Shown here piece by piece: positions 8,745-18,342 of a stretch of DNA of 64,000 bases. Under the pieces are notes generated by a model. That model was not told the origin of the DNA. It did no database searches and worked only from the letters and a program-made list of their open reading frames with translations. Both the position numbers and the translations under genes were made by a program. Each line of letters opens with the position of its first letter. Position 1 is the stretch's first letter. This DNA is from Puniceicoccales bacterium (GTDB lineage Bacteria > Verrucomicrobiota > Verrucomicrobiia > Opitutales > JAIRKQ01): the NCBI GenBank assembly GCA_031267915.1, contig JAIRYE010000006.1:76032-140031 (forward strand), in the 5' to 3' direction.

Positions 8745-9365
8745 GTGGCAGGGGAAATTTTTATTGGAGACGGAGAAGTAAAGCCTTTGGGCATATTGTT
8801 TATCATCTCCGGGCCATCCGGTGTTGGGAAAAATACTGTGGCCGAGCGGCTGCTCCGGAAAGTCGGAAATGAAAGTTTAAAAAAAGTCGTTACCGTGACC
8901 ACACGTCCGCCAAGAGCTTTCGAAGAAAACGGCGTCGCCTATCACTTCATCAGCGAGGCGAAATTTGCTGAAAAAATACGCCAGTCGGAGTTCATGGAAT
9001 ATGCCAACGTGCACGGTGATGCCTACTACGGATCTCCCCGCACCGGCGTGGAGAAAATTTTATCCTCCGGAAGAAACGCGCTGCTGCTGATTGACACAAG
9101 CGGTGTTTCGCAAATTTTGCAGCAAAAAAATAATTTTAAAATTGTTGCAATTTTTATTGCCCCTCGGACCTTGAGTGATCTAAAGCAGCGCATCATTGCA
9201 CGAGGAACGGAGACGGAAAATGCCATTGCCAGGCGAATGCAGACAGCGGAGAATGAAATAAAATTGTCGAATATATACGATTACGTTGTGGCTAGCGGCT
9301 CCTGCGAGGATGATTTTCTGGCAGTCCTGAAAATATACAGCGAAGAAACCAGAAATAATTTTTGA
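8745..9365 (+). CDS. gmk: guanylate kinase
   Basis: It has the P-loop GPSGVGKNT and the guanylate-kinase pattern ...TTRPPRxxEENGVAYHF... The start is uncertain: GTG at 8745, with TTG at 8790 also possible. Confidence 0.9.
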   Translation: MAGEIFIGDGEVKPLGILFIISGPSGVGKNTVAERLLRKVGNESLKKVVTVTTRPPRAFEENGVAYHFISEAKFAEKIRQSEFMEYANVHGDAYYGSPRTGVEKILSSGRNALLLIDTSGVSQILQQKNNFKIVAIFIAPRTLSDLKQRIIARGTETENAIARRMQTAENEIKLSNIYDYVVASGSCEDDFLAVLKIYSEETRNNF

Positions 9366-9437
9366 TTCTGGAGACTCACTTGTTTGGTGCGGGGGAAAAT
9401 TTTCCACCGGCAGATGTTTTACGGCGAACATAAATTT

Positions 9438-10832
9438 TTACAACTTTTCGATGGTGTAGCTTTCCCTGCTATCACTCATATTCCATCCGAGCTCGAGTAA
9501 TTCCTGGCGCAATTTATCCGCCTCCGTGAAGTTTTTACTCGTTTTTGCTTTCCACCGTTTGCCGGCTAAAATTTTTACATTTTCCGGAACTTCAACATCC
9601 GCTTCCTTTTCATCCAGGGTTAGGCCAAGGCAGTACATCAGCGTGGAAAATTCTCTGGAAAGATTTGATTTTTGATCATCGCCCAGTGTGCCGCTGTCGA
9701 TTTCGTTGATTTTTTTGAAAATATTTCCGAGGCATTCGGGCGTATTCATATTGTTCAGCAGCGATTCGAACGCGTCTCCGAAAAATTCCCACACGGTAAT
9801 TTTGAATTTTTGAATGCCGCTGCCATCTGAGATTTTTGCGAAGAATTTTTGCAATTTTCCGAGGGCATTTTTTGCTGCCACAAGGTTATTGAATGTAAAA
9901 TTTAGCTGCTGGCTATAGTGAGCTGCGATTAGGGCATAGCGCAGACACTGCGGAGAATATCCATGCTTCCGGATGTCATCCAGCGTGTATAGATTTCCAA
10001 GGCTTTTCGACATTTTTGCGCCATCTATGAGGAGGTGATTTATGTGCATCCAGTAGTGGGAAAATTTTTCCCCATTGGCGCATTCGGACTGCGCTATTTC
10101 ATTTTCATGGTGTGGAAATTTCAAATCGATGCCGCCGGAGTGCAGATCAATGGTTTTTCCAAGATATTTTTTTGCCATTGCGCTGCATTCGATGTGCCAT
10201 CCGGGGCGGCCATTTCCCCAGGGACTTGGCCAAAAATTTTCACCGTCCTCCGCCTTTGCTGCTTTCCAAAGTGCGAAATCGCAAACGCTGTCCCGGTTGT
10301 ATTCATCGGCTAAATTTTTCCCTCCTCCACTGTCGAGTTCCTGCGTTTTGAGGTCCCGTTTGTCCAAATTCGACAACATTCCATAGCCATCGAAAGCTGA
10401 AATTCTAAAATAGACGGATCCATCCGGAGCGACGTAGGCAAATCCTTTGCCGATGAGGGTCTCTATCATTGCAATTTGTTCGCCAATGTGTTCCGTTGCC
10501 TTCGGTTCAAAATCAGGGGGTTTGATGCTTAGGGCACGGCAGTCATCGTGGAAAATTTTTGTCCATTTTTCTGTGAAGTCCCCGAGCGAAGTCCCAGTCT
10601 TCATCGCATCGCGAATTGTTTTATCATCGACGTCGGTGATATTTCGAACAACGCATGGATTGTAGCCATCGACTTCCAGAGTGCGAACGAGAACATCCTG
10701 CAAAAGATAGGTGCGAAAGTTTCCGATGTGGGCGTAGCTGTAGACGGTCGGGCCGCAGAAATACATTTTAAATTTGCCGGTGTTGTGGCGCAGCTTTTCA
10801 TTTTTCCCGCTCAGTGTGTTAAATAATTTCAT
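9438..10832 (-). CDS. cysS: cysteine--tRNA ligase
   Basis: 464 aa with the class-I signatures HIGN and KMSKS and the CysRS-specific WPSPWGxGRPGWHIECS zinc-site region. Confidence 0.95.
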   Translation of the reverse strand: MKLFNTLSGKNEKLRHNTGKFKMYFCGPTVYSYAHIGNFRTYLLQDVLVRTLEVDGYNPCVVRNITDVDDKTIRDAMKTGTSLGDFTEKWTKIFHDDCRALSIKPPDFEPKATEHIGEQIAMIETLIGKGFAYVAPDGSVYFRISAFDGYGMLSNLDKRDLKTQELDSGGGKNLADEYNRDSVCDFALWKAAKAEDGENFWPSPWGNGRPGWHIECSAMAKKYLGKTIDLHSGGIDLKFPHHENEIAQSECANGEKFSHYWMHINHLLIDGAKMSKSLGNLYTLDDIRKHGYSPQCLRYALIAAHYSQQLNFTFNNLVAAKNALGKLQKFFAKISDGSGIQKFKITVWEFFGDAFESLLNNMNTPECLGNIFKKINEIDSGTLGDDQKSNLSREFSTLMYCLGLTLDEKEADVEVPENVKILAGKRWKAKTSKNFTEADKLRQELLELGWNMSDSRESYTIEKL

Positions 10833-10881
10833 CAGGAATGAATCTCCGCTGAATTAATTAAAAAAACAAAGCATTTGAAAC

Positions 10882-13035
10882 TCAGTCAATTAGTCCGCTT
10901 CTCAGGAATAGTGGTTCGATGTCAGGATCTCGGCCCATAAAATCACGATACAAAACGTCAGCCTCCTCGCTGTCGCCTCTGGAAAGAATTTTTTTCCGAA
11001 ATTCGTCCCCAACCTTTCTGCTTAGGACGCCATCGCTTTTAAATTTATTGAATGCATCGGCGTCAAGGACCTCAGCCCATTTGTAGGAGTAATATCCCGC
11101 TGCATATCCACCACCGAAAATGTGTTTGAAGCTGAGAATTATCGTTGGTACGTATTCGGAAAGCTCAATGCGGTATGATTTCAATATCTCCCTAAGCTCT
11201 TGCTCAATGTCAACATCTGCATAATTGTCGTACTTTTGGTGCAATTCAAGGTCGAGCTTCGCGAAGCACAGCTGCCCCATCATTCCGCTGCCGGAGAGAT
11301 GATTTTTCGCAGCAATCATTTTCCTGAACAACTCCTCAGGGATTGATTCTCCAGTTTTAAAATGCTTTGCGAAAATATCCAGGCTTTCCCTCTCCCAGCA
11401 GAAATTTTCCATGATTTGTGACGGCAATTCGACGAAGTCCCAGGCAACGTTTGCTCCGTTCATGGATTCATATTTAACTTCTCCAAATAGATGGTGCAGT
11501 GTGTGCCCAAATTCGTGGAATAGCGTTTCCACCTCTCTGTGAGACAGCAGCGATGGTGTGCTCTCCGTTGACGGTGTCAGATTTGTGCAAATGGTGGCCA
11601 CGGGATACTGCCAAATGCCATTTTCGTCCAAATATCCTGTTTTTATGTCGCTCATCCATCCGCCGGCGTGCTTCGATTCGCGTGGATGAATGTCCAAATA
11701 AAGTCCACCGATGTACGTTCCATCCTCTTCGAATGCCTTGAAATATTTCACATCACTATGCCACACGGGAATTGTCCCCTCCGGTGGCGTTGCTTTTTCG
11801 TCGGAAGTGAAGAATGTCGGCTGTTCGACAAATTTTATGCCGTAGAGTCTATTTGCCGTTTCGAATAGCCCGCCGATTACATTTTCCAGTTTGAAGTACG
11901 GGCGCAATTCCTCCTCGTCAAAATCGAACTCCGCCTGCCTAAATTTTTCCGCCAGGTAAGCCGTTTCCCAGGGTGTTAGCCTCGCCTTTTCAATGGCGAA
12001 AAATTTTGAGCGAAAGCTCTCCAAATCGGCAATGTTTGCTTGGAAAAATTTTAGCGTCCTGTCGTGTAGATTTTCCACGAATTTCAATGCCGCAGCCCCA
12101 TTTTTTGCCATTCGATGCTTCAGAGCCAGATCGGCGTAGGTTTCATGCCCGAGGATTTTAGCGGTTTCATTGCGTAGTTTTAGAATATCGGCTATAATTT
12201 TTTCATTGTTGTATGGATCATCGCGTCCAACCGCGAGCGATGCACGGAAAATTTCTTCGCGCAGTTCTTCATTTTTCAAATACTGCATGCACTTTGCTGA
12301 GCTGCTCGGATTGAGGGATATGCGATAGCCATCGCGGCCATGTTCGATCGCATCTGCGTGTAAAACATCCACAGTTATTCTGGGCAAACCCTCCAGTTCG
12401 GACGCATCGTCGATGTATTTTTCCCAGGCATTTCTGGAATCTAGGACGTTTTCGGTAAATTTTTGTGACTTCTGTGAAACTTCTATCCTAATGGCCTTCA
12501 GCCGCTCCCTCTGCTCGCGGGGCAAATCAGCACCGCTATCGCGGAAACCATCGAGAGTGTCGCTGAGAAGCTTTTTGTCAATGCCCTGTAATTTTTCCGC
12601 TTCCTCTGTCTTCGCGAACGTTTTTATGCGCAGCCAAAGATCATCGTTTAGCAGGATATTTGCTCCGAACTCAGCGACCAGCGGGAGCATTTTATTATAC
12701 TCGGCGCGCAATTCATCCGAATTGCAGGTTGCGTCCAGGTGTCCAACGTAGCTCCAAGCCATGTGCAATTTTCGACCAGCTCTTTCCAGCGCAAGAATTG
12801 TGTTTTTAAATGTTAGCTCGTTGATGGGAACAGAGGTAATTCCATCAATGTTCATCTGGGCTTCATCAATGGCGAGTCTAATGTCAGATTCGATATGTTT
12901 TGGCAGAAGCGTGTGCCACCCAATTGGATCGCTGTCGAGTAAAAATGGATGATAATCTGACTCCATCTGACATCCTTCTAAAAAGTTGCCCGCAAAAAAC
13001 AACACCATTAATGCAAATTGTTTCATGTCCCTCAA
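10882..13035 (-). CDS. M3-family zinc metallopeptidase (oligopeptidase A / Dcp-like), exported
   Basis: 717 aa with the HEFGHTLHH zinc motif and M3 family architecture. The N-terminal hydrophobic signal is MKQFALMVLFFAGNFLEGC. Confidence 0.85.
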   Translation of the reverse strand: MRDMKQFALMVLFFAGNFLEGCQMESDYHPFLLDSDPIGWHTLLPKHIESDIRLAIDEAQMNIDGITSVPINELTFKNTILALERAGRKLHMAWSYVGHLDATCNSDELRAEYNKMLPLVAEFGANILLNDDLWLRIKTFAKTEEAEKLQGIDKKLLSDTLDGFRDSGADLPREQRERLKAIRIEVSQKSQKFTENVLDSRNAWEKYIDDASELEGLPRITVDVLHADAIEHGRDGYRISLNPSSSAKCMQYLKNEELREEIFRASLAVGRDDPYNNEKIIADILKLRNETAKILGHETYADLALKHRMAKNGAAALKFVENLHDRTLKFFQANIADLESFRSKFFAIEKARLTPWETAYLAEKFRQAEFDFDEEELRPYFKLENVIGGLFETANRLYGIKFVEQPTFFTSDEKATPPEGTIPVWHSDVKYFKAFEEDGTYIGGLYLDIHPRESKHAGGWMSDIKTGYLDENGIWQYPVATICTNLTPSTESTPSLLSHREVETLFHEFGHTLHHLFGEVKYESMNGANVAWDFVELPSQIMENFCWERESLDIFAKHFKTGESIPEELFRKMIAAKNHLSGSGMMGQLCFAKLDLELHQKYDNYADVDIEQELREILKSYRIELSEYVPTIILSFKHIFGGGYAAGYYSYKWAEVLDADAFNKFKSDGVLSRKVGDEFRKKILSRGDSEEADVLYRDFMGRDPDIEPLFLRSGLID

Positions 13036-13092
13036 AAAAGTGCAACCCGTGGAATTTGCAAGATATTTTGGAAGTTTGGTTGGCTCCAGAAA

Positions 13093-13794
13093 TTATATGC
13101 AGGCTGAATTTTTTAAAAAACTTTTTGCCCGTTCGGTTTGTGGATTAGAGAAAAAATCTTTTGTCGGCCTATCCTCAATAATTTTTCCATGTTCGAGGAA
13201 TAAAATTCTATGGGAAACTCGCCGTGCCATCGCAAGATCATGGGAGACAATTAGAATTGCCATGCCCTGTGCTGCTATGTCCCCTATGGTGGTGATTAAA
13301 TCGCTGGTCATTTCCGGATCAAGGGCGGAAGTGGGCTCGTCGAACAGTAAAATTTTTGGATTCATTACAAGGGTGCGGGCAATTGCGACGCGCTGCTTTT
13401 GTCCGCCTGATAAGCTGTTTGGATAGGAATTGGCCTTGTTTTCGAGTCCAAATTTTGCCAGCATTTCCAGAGCAATTTTTTTTGATTTTTCCGGGGGAAA
13501 TTTTTTGACGGCTCCGAGTGCATAGGACACATTTTTTAGAATTGTCATGTGCTCAAACAGACAGCAGCCCTGCTGGACGAGTCCGTAATCTCCGCGTTTG
13601 GATTTATGTTCACCGATGCTGATTTTGCCCTGGGAAATTTTTTCGAGTCCGCAGAGTGTGCGAATAATTGTGGTTTTCCCGGCTCCGGATCCTCCGATAA
13701 TCGTAGCGATTTCTCCGTTGGCGATGGTGAATGAGATGCCATTCAGGATTTCGTCAGTGCCAAATCGGCAGTGCAAATTTTTTACTTCGAGCAT
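13093..13794 (-). CDS. polar amino-acid ABC transporter, ATP-binding protein
   Basis: It has Walker A GGSGAGKTT, the signature LSGGQKQRVAIARTL and Walker B ILLFDEPTSALD. I chose the start MLEVKNLHCRF at 13794 (the track ORF extends to 13857), which overlaps the permease stop. Confidence 0.85.
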   Translation of the reverse strand: MLEVKNLHCRFGTDEILNGISFTIANGEIATIIGGSGAGKTTIIRTLCGLEKISQGKISIGEHKSKRGDYGLVQQGCCLFEHMTILKNVSYALGAVKKFPPEKSKKIALEMLAKFGLENKANSYPNSLSGGQKQRVAIARTLVMNPKILLFDEPTSALDPEMTSDLITTIGDIAAQGMAILIVSHDLAMARRVSHRILFLEHGKIIEDRPTKDFFSNPQTERAKSFLKNSACI

Positions 13795-14453
13795 GACAAT
13801 TTTCTTTCCATGTATTTGGCGAAACAGCTCAGGATAATTATCATGCAATAGTAGCAAGCTCCGGCCACAAGCAGGGGCTCCAAATACAGGTAATGTTCGC
13901 TGGCGACGATGTTTGCCCTGCGCATAAGGTCTGACTCTCCGATTATTGAAATAATGGCAGATTCCTTCAGAAGATCGATCATTTCATTGGCAAGTGACGG
14001 CAGGACTTTCCTTATTCCCTGAGCCAGGACAATGTCGCGCATTATCTGAGTTTTAGAGCAGCCGAGGACTTTTGCAATTTCTATCTGCCCAACGTCTACG
14101 CTTTGAATCCCAGCTCGTATTATTTCCGAAACGTAGGCGGAGGAATTTAGGGAAAAAGCAATTATTCCCGCCAGAAATGCTGGAATTGGACGTCCCATAA
14201 CTTGCGGCAGGGCAAAGTAGATTACAGACAGCTGCAAGAGCAGTGGTGTTCCTCGAAAAATGGACAAATACAATGATCCAAAAGCGCGAAAAATTTTACA
14301 CGCCTGGAGCCTGATTATTGCGAGCAATGTTCCTCCACAAAACCCGAAAAACATCGAAAGAATGGCGTACTCAAGGGTTACGATCGCACCCTTCGCGATG
14401 TAGGGAATTTCTCCGCATATTTGCCGGAATCCTTCAAAAAGACTCATCTTCAA
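13782..14453 (-). CDS. polar amino-acid ABC transporter permease (His/Glu/Gln/Arg/opine family)
   Basis: 223-aa multi-TM protein with an EAA-like loop (...SVDVGQIEIAKVLGCSKTQIMRDIVLAQ...). It lies between the substrate-binding protein and ATPase genes. Confidence 0.85.
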   Translation of the reverse strand: MKMSLFEGFRQICGEIPYIAKGAIVTLEYAILSMFFGFCGGTLLAIIRLQACKIFRAFGSLYLSIFRGTPLLLQLSVIYFALPQVMGRPIPAFLAGIIAFSLNSSAYVSEIIRAGIQSVDVGQIEIAKVLGCSKTQIMRDIVLAQGIRKVLPSLANEMIDLLKESAIISIIGESDLMRRANIVASEHYLYLEPLLVAGACYYCMIIILSCFAKYMERKLSCSK

Positions 14454-14505
14454 TTGCCCCCCTTTCTTTAAAAGTCGGAAACCATCCCGTCATTTGATTG
14501 AAAAA

Positions 14506-15279
14506 TCATTCCTTCTCTGGCCACCACTTTTTTTCAATGGCGGAAAGTTCTCCTGTATTTTTTAGCAACTCGATGATTTTATTAATTTCCTCTGTGAGGG
14601 GAGATCTTTTTGGCAGAGCGATGGCGCAGTGCCCACCGAGCTGCGGAACTGCAAAGGCGCACAGCTTTGAATTTTTCCTAGCTAACTCTTTTGCTGCTGC
14701 ATAATCCAAGATAATCGCGTGCAGCGTTCCATTCCCGTTGGCGGAATTGGAAATTTCAGCAATCATCGTCCCTATGTTGTCATATCTTCTCATTGTCAAG
14801 CCGAGAATATTAGATTCCTTGATTTTCGTTTCCTGGGTTGTTCCCAGCTGCACCCCAATTGTTTTCCCTGCGAGCATATCGAAGGTGAAAACGCCATCTC
14901 CGGAGCCCATGAGCTCAAATTCTTTTTTTGTGGTGACAACTCCACCATCGTCGATGTGGTAGGATATCGATAAATCCACATTCTTTTCCCTGGGATTCGT
15001 TGGCTCAATGGCAGCCATTGCAAAATCTCCCTGTTTGGATACTATTGCTGGGATAAGAGAAGCAAACGACATATCCTTCAGGACTAATTTCCTGCCGAGT
15101 TTTTCAGCAATGACTTTCGCCAAATCTACGTCGAATCCAACAATTTCTCCGGATTTTGTAAATTCGTAGGGCGGATTATCTGCGCTTGTGAGCATCACGA
15201 TCTCTTCCATCTCTCCAAAGCAAAACAATTGCAGGGAAAAAAAAGACGCAAATGCGACCAGTAGCATTTTTATTTTCAC
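14506..15279 (-). CDS. amino-acid ABC transporter substrate-binding protein (family 3)
   Basis: It has a signal peptide followed by the SBP_bac_3 pattern (PPYEF...GEIVGFDVDLAKVIAEKLG...). It is the first gene of the ABC operon. Confidence 0.8.
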   Translation of the reverse strand: MKIKMLLVAFASFFSLQLFCFGEMEEIVMLTSADNPPYEFTKSGEIVGFDVDLAKVIAEKLGRKLVLKDMSFASLIPAIVSKQGDFAMAAIEPTNPREKNVDLSISYHIDDGGVVTTKKEFELMGSGDGVFTFDMLAGKTIGVQLGTTQETKIKESNILGLTMRRYDNIGTMIAEISNSANGNGTLHAIILDYAAAKELARKNSKLCAFAVPQLGGHCAIALPKRSPLTEEINKIIELLKNTGELSAIEKKWWPEKE

Positions 15280-15404
15280 TTTCGCTAAAAAATGATTTCC
15301 ATTGACTGTGTCAATTTTTTAAAAAAATTCACTCCATTCTCCCACTGGTGTATGTGCGGAGGATAAAATAAAATTACGGAAATAATCCAAGTGTTTTACA
15401 GGAT

Positions 15405-16319
15405 ATGAAAAACGAACGCCCAGATGGGAGTGCTGAAAACTGGAATGGAGTTGTCCGATTTCTGGTGTTTTATCTGGGGATTTTGCTTCTGGCGGCCATA
15501 CTTACTCCGATTATGTTTTTCTCCGTCAAATACTGTGCCGAGAGATTTTCGGTTGAAATATTCCATCATTTTATTGGCAAAGGATTCGGGAAATTTTTTG
15601 ACAGAGCAAAATTAATATCGGCTATCATTTTGCTATTCCCGCTGGTGAAAATCAGTGGAATAAGGTCTGCGAAGGACATTTGGCTTGAAAAATTTTCCAA
15701 AAGACAATTTTTTTTAATTTTTGCCAGTGGGTTCATTTTTACTCATCTAGTTTACGGGTGGCTGATGTGTGCAAATCATTTTTCAGCGGAGGCAGTTCCC
15801 GTGAAAATTTATTTCTCCAACCTCGGTAAGTTCGCGGTGGCAGCAACTGGCGTAGGGTTTTTAGAGGAATTGCTTTTTCGCGGTGTAATTTTTCGACTTT
15901 TTTCCGAAAGTCTTGGGAGGATTTCGGCAATTGTTTTGGCGTCGCTATTTTTTGCTTATTGCCATGGCGGAGTCGGGGAAAGTGCGAAAATAAATACGGA
16001 CAGCGCTACGATTTTTTCCGGATTCAGCTGCATAATTCCATCTCTGCTGAGCATTTGCCGCAATTTCAATTTGCTGAGCTTTTTAAACTTAACGATGTTT
16101 GGAATTTTTTTATCCGTTCTGCTGGTGGACTTGAAGAGCATTTTCGCTCCAATTGCTTTTCATATCGGTGTTGTGTTTGCCGTAATGAATGTCAGGAGCT
16201 TCATAAAAATTGCGGCAATTGGAGTGCTCGACACTCGGCTGACGTTTGTGCTCATTGGAACACTAATAATTTTCATCTCCTGGAGGATAAAAACGCACTC
16301 CACACGAGCAATGATGTAA
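15405..16319 (+). CDS. CPBP-family intramembrane glutamic endopeptidase (CAAX protease-like)
   Basis: Polytopic membrane protein with the EELLFRG motif and the downstream FAYCH motif characteristic of the CPBP/Abi family. Confidence 0.7.
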   Translation: MKNERPDGSAENWNGVVRFLVFYLGILLLAAILTPIMFFSVKYCAERFSVEIFHHFIGKGFGKFFDRAKLISAIILLFPLVKISGIRSAKDIWLEKFSKRQFFLIFASGFIFTHLVYGWLMCANHFSAEAVPVKIYFSNLGKFAVAATGVGFLEELLFRGVIFRLFSESLGRISAIVLASLFFAYCHGGVGESAKINTDSATIFSGFSCIIPSLLSICRNFNLLSFLNLTMFGIFLSVLLVDLKSIFAPIAFHIGVVFAVMNVRSFIKIAAIGVLDTRLTFVLIGTLIIFISWRIKTHSTRAMM

Positions 16320-16497
16320 GAATTAGAAAATAAATCACGGCAAATCTACGAATTTCATGGAATGTTGGATGTCGACGAAGCAATTATCAAACGTGTCAAA
16401 AGATTAGTTCGAGAATCCTGTTGGAGGTGCCTGGGATCCCGGTTCTTTTGAAATTTTTCCAATTGATTAATTTTTCTAAATTCCTAGTGCTTGTCCA

Positions 16498-16953
16498 ATG
16501 AAATGCCCTAGGTGCGGACATTTGGAGTCAAAAGTTACTGATACACGCGCGATTTTACACTCGGGGTCTGTGCGGCGCAGGCGCATGTGCTTGGACTGCG
16601 GCCATAGATTTTTCACAAATGAAATTGTCTGCGAAGAATATCCAACTGTTATCAAGCGAGACGGAAGGGAAGAGGGGTTTGACAAAAAGAAGATAAAAAT
16701 TGGCTTGATGAAAGCATTCAAAAAATGCATCGGTGTTGAGGAAAGGGTTGAAGAAATTTACAAGAAAGTTCTTGCGGAAGTCGTCTCCGCCTATGTGGAT
16801 AAAATTAAATCGGAGGCAATAGGCAGCATCATAATGGAGATATTGAAAGCGAGCGATCAGGTGGCATATCTCCGTTTTGCAAGCGTGTATAAAAATTTTG
16901 AAACCGCTGATGATTTTGCCTGTGAGTTTAAGAAAATATCTTCAAAGGAGTAG
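16498..16953 (+). CDS. nrdR: transcriptional repressor NrdR
   Basis: It has the N-terminal zinc ribbon MKCPRCGH...CLDCGHRF followed by an ATP-cone. At 151 aa the length is typical. Confidence 0.9.
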   Translation: MKCPRCGHLESKVTDTRAILHSGSVRRRRMCLDCGHRFFTNEIVCEEYPTVIKRDGREEGFDKKKIKIGLMKAFKKCIGVEERVEEIYKKVLAEVVSAYVDKIKSEAIGSIIMEILKASDQVAYLRFASVYKNFETADDFACEFKKISSKE

Positions 16954-17123
16954 GGCACAGAGCTGAGCCTTACCCGGCAAAGCATTTCCAACGGGAGAAA
17001 TTGCTGTTATTTTTCAACGCAAAATGTTTTGAAAAATAACAAAATGACCAAAAAAATTTTTTTGATTGACTTTTTTACAAAATTCTCCCATAAAGTTTAG
17101 GTAGTTAATCTTGAAAGGAAAAA

Positions 17124-17813
17124 ATGAGCGATATTATAAAATGTAACATAAATTGTTCCGAAAATTATGATCTTGATGGAACAAATTTTTATGATCTTGA
17201 TGGAAGAGATTTTGCCCAAAAAGCATGTAATCTGAAGGGTGATGCCGTGGAAGATTTTGTAACCGCGTATGTCATTGATGGATTCTTCGATGAAGAGTCT
17301 ATATCTGTTGCCATGGCGAATGCTTATATTAGCGCAACTGGCAAAAAAACAAATTTTAACCTAAAGATGCAAGAACTTGAACTCGAAGGCAATGAGATGA
17401 CGATTCTCAGAAATAGAGAGCCGAATTCCGAGGAAGTTCAAGAATGCAAAAATTTGTCGGATAAAGAAAAAAATAACTTTGCTCATGCATATGCTCTGTT
17501 GAGAATACGGGAAATGCTGTCAGAACAAGCCCTATTGGGTGCCAGCTATATAGCTGGATATATCAGTGGAACAGCACTCGGTGTAAAGACTTCGACGTTC
17601 TCACTCTATGAGGATGCGGAAAAATATGCTAGTCAATACTACGAAACTTACCATACTTACTTAGAAGAGTATTTGGAGAAGAGTATTTCAACATTTGGTG
17701 AACCAAGTATGAAAGAAGAGAGAGCTGTTCAAAATGGAAAGTATGTAAATTGGGTTGCAAATAATGCGCTTTCAAATAACGGAAAAACCCCTTTTGAATT
17801 GATTCAATTCTAA
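17124..17813 (+). CDS. hypothetical protein (orphan, AT-rich)
   Basis: 229-aa ORF isolated by 170-bp and 529-bp non-coding flanks. It has a plausible upstream TTGACT-N17-CATAAA promoter and an AAAGGAAAAA ribosome-binding site. I recognise no family. Confidence 0.45.
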   Translation: MSDIIKCNINCSENYDLDGTNFYDLDGRDFAQKACNLKGDAVEDFVTAYVIDGFFDEESISVAMANAYISATGKKTNFNLKMQELELEGNEMTILRNREPNSEEVQECKNLSDKEKNNFAHAYALLRIREMLSEQALLGASYIAGYISGTALGVKTSTFSLYEDAEKYASQYYETYHTYLEEYLEKSISTFGEPSMKEERAVQNGKYVNWVANNALSNNGKTPFELIQF

Positions 17814-18342
17814 GACGATAGACGACGAACACCATGGCTCGGAATAGGCATTTCCCAAATTTTTGAATAAAATTAAATCAGCATCCTAGTTTGCGGAATT
17901 TCTATTCTTTGCCTGCAAATATTTCCGTTCGGCAAAAAACACAATAAAATTATGCATAGCTTCTGCCGGTTTTTTCCATAAAGTTTTTCATTACTTTTAC
18001 ATGAATAAATTTTTCAAAGGAAAAAATGAATTAAACAGACAAAAATGCACTCCATTGAGTCAGTTCACTAATTTAATTTTTAAATAAAATATGAAGGAGG
18101 GATGCGAGCTTTGCGAAGATTCGCCTAAAACTTTTATGCGAAGTCTCATAAACCTTCGAAGAATCCGAAAATTCTCCCGGAGATTTTGGGATTTTCACTT
18201 TCAGAACTTTGCACTGGGTCGGTGTTTTTTTCGCCGAATTGTTTAGCAAATATAAAGATTTTGTGTTTTTATTTCTTGAACCGCAGCTTTCAATCCTTAA
18301 TCAACAGATCATCGATTTAGTACAGGTTTTATTGGGTGAATT

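Noticed and set aside
18091-18246. 51-aa basic ORF (MKEGCELCEDSPKTF...) and an AAGGAGG-ATG mini-ORF in the hppA upstream spacer
   Set aside because: There is no recognisable family, the SD-to-ATG spacing of the mini-ORF is too short (1 nt), and there is no supporting context. It is mentioned only as part of the low-density pocket.
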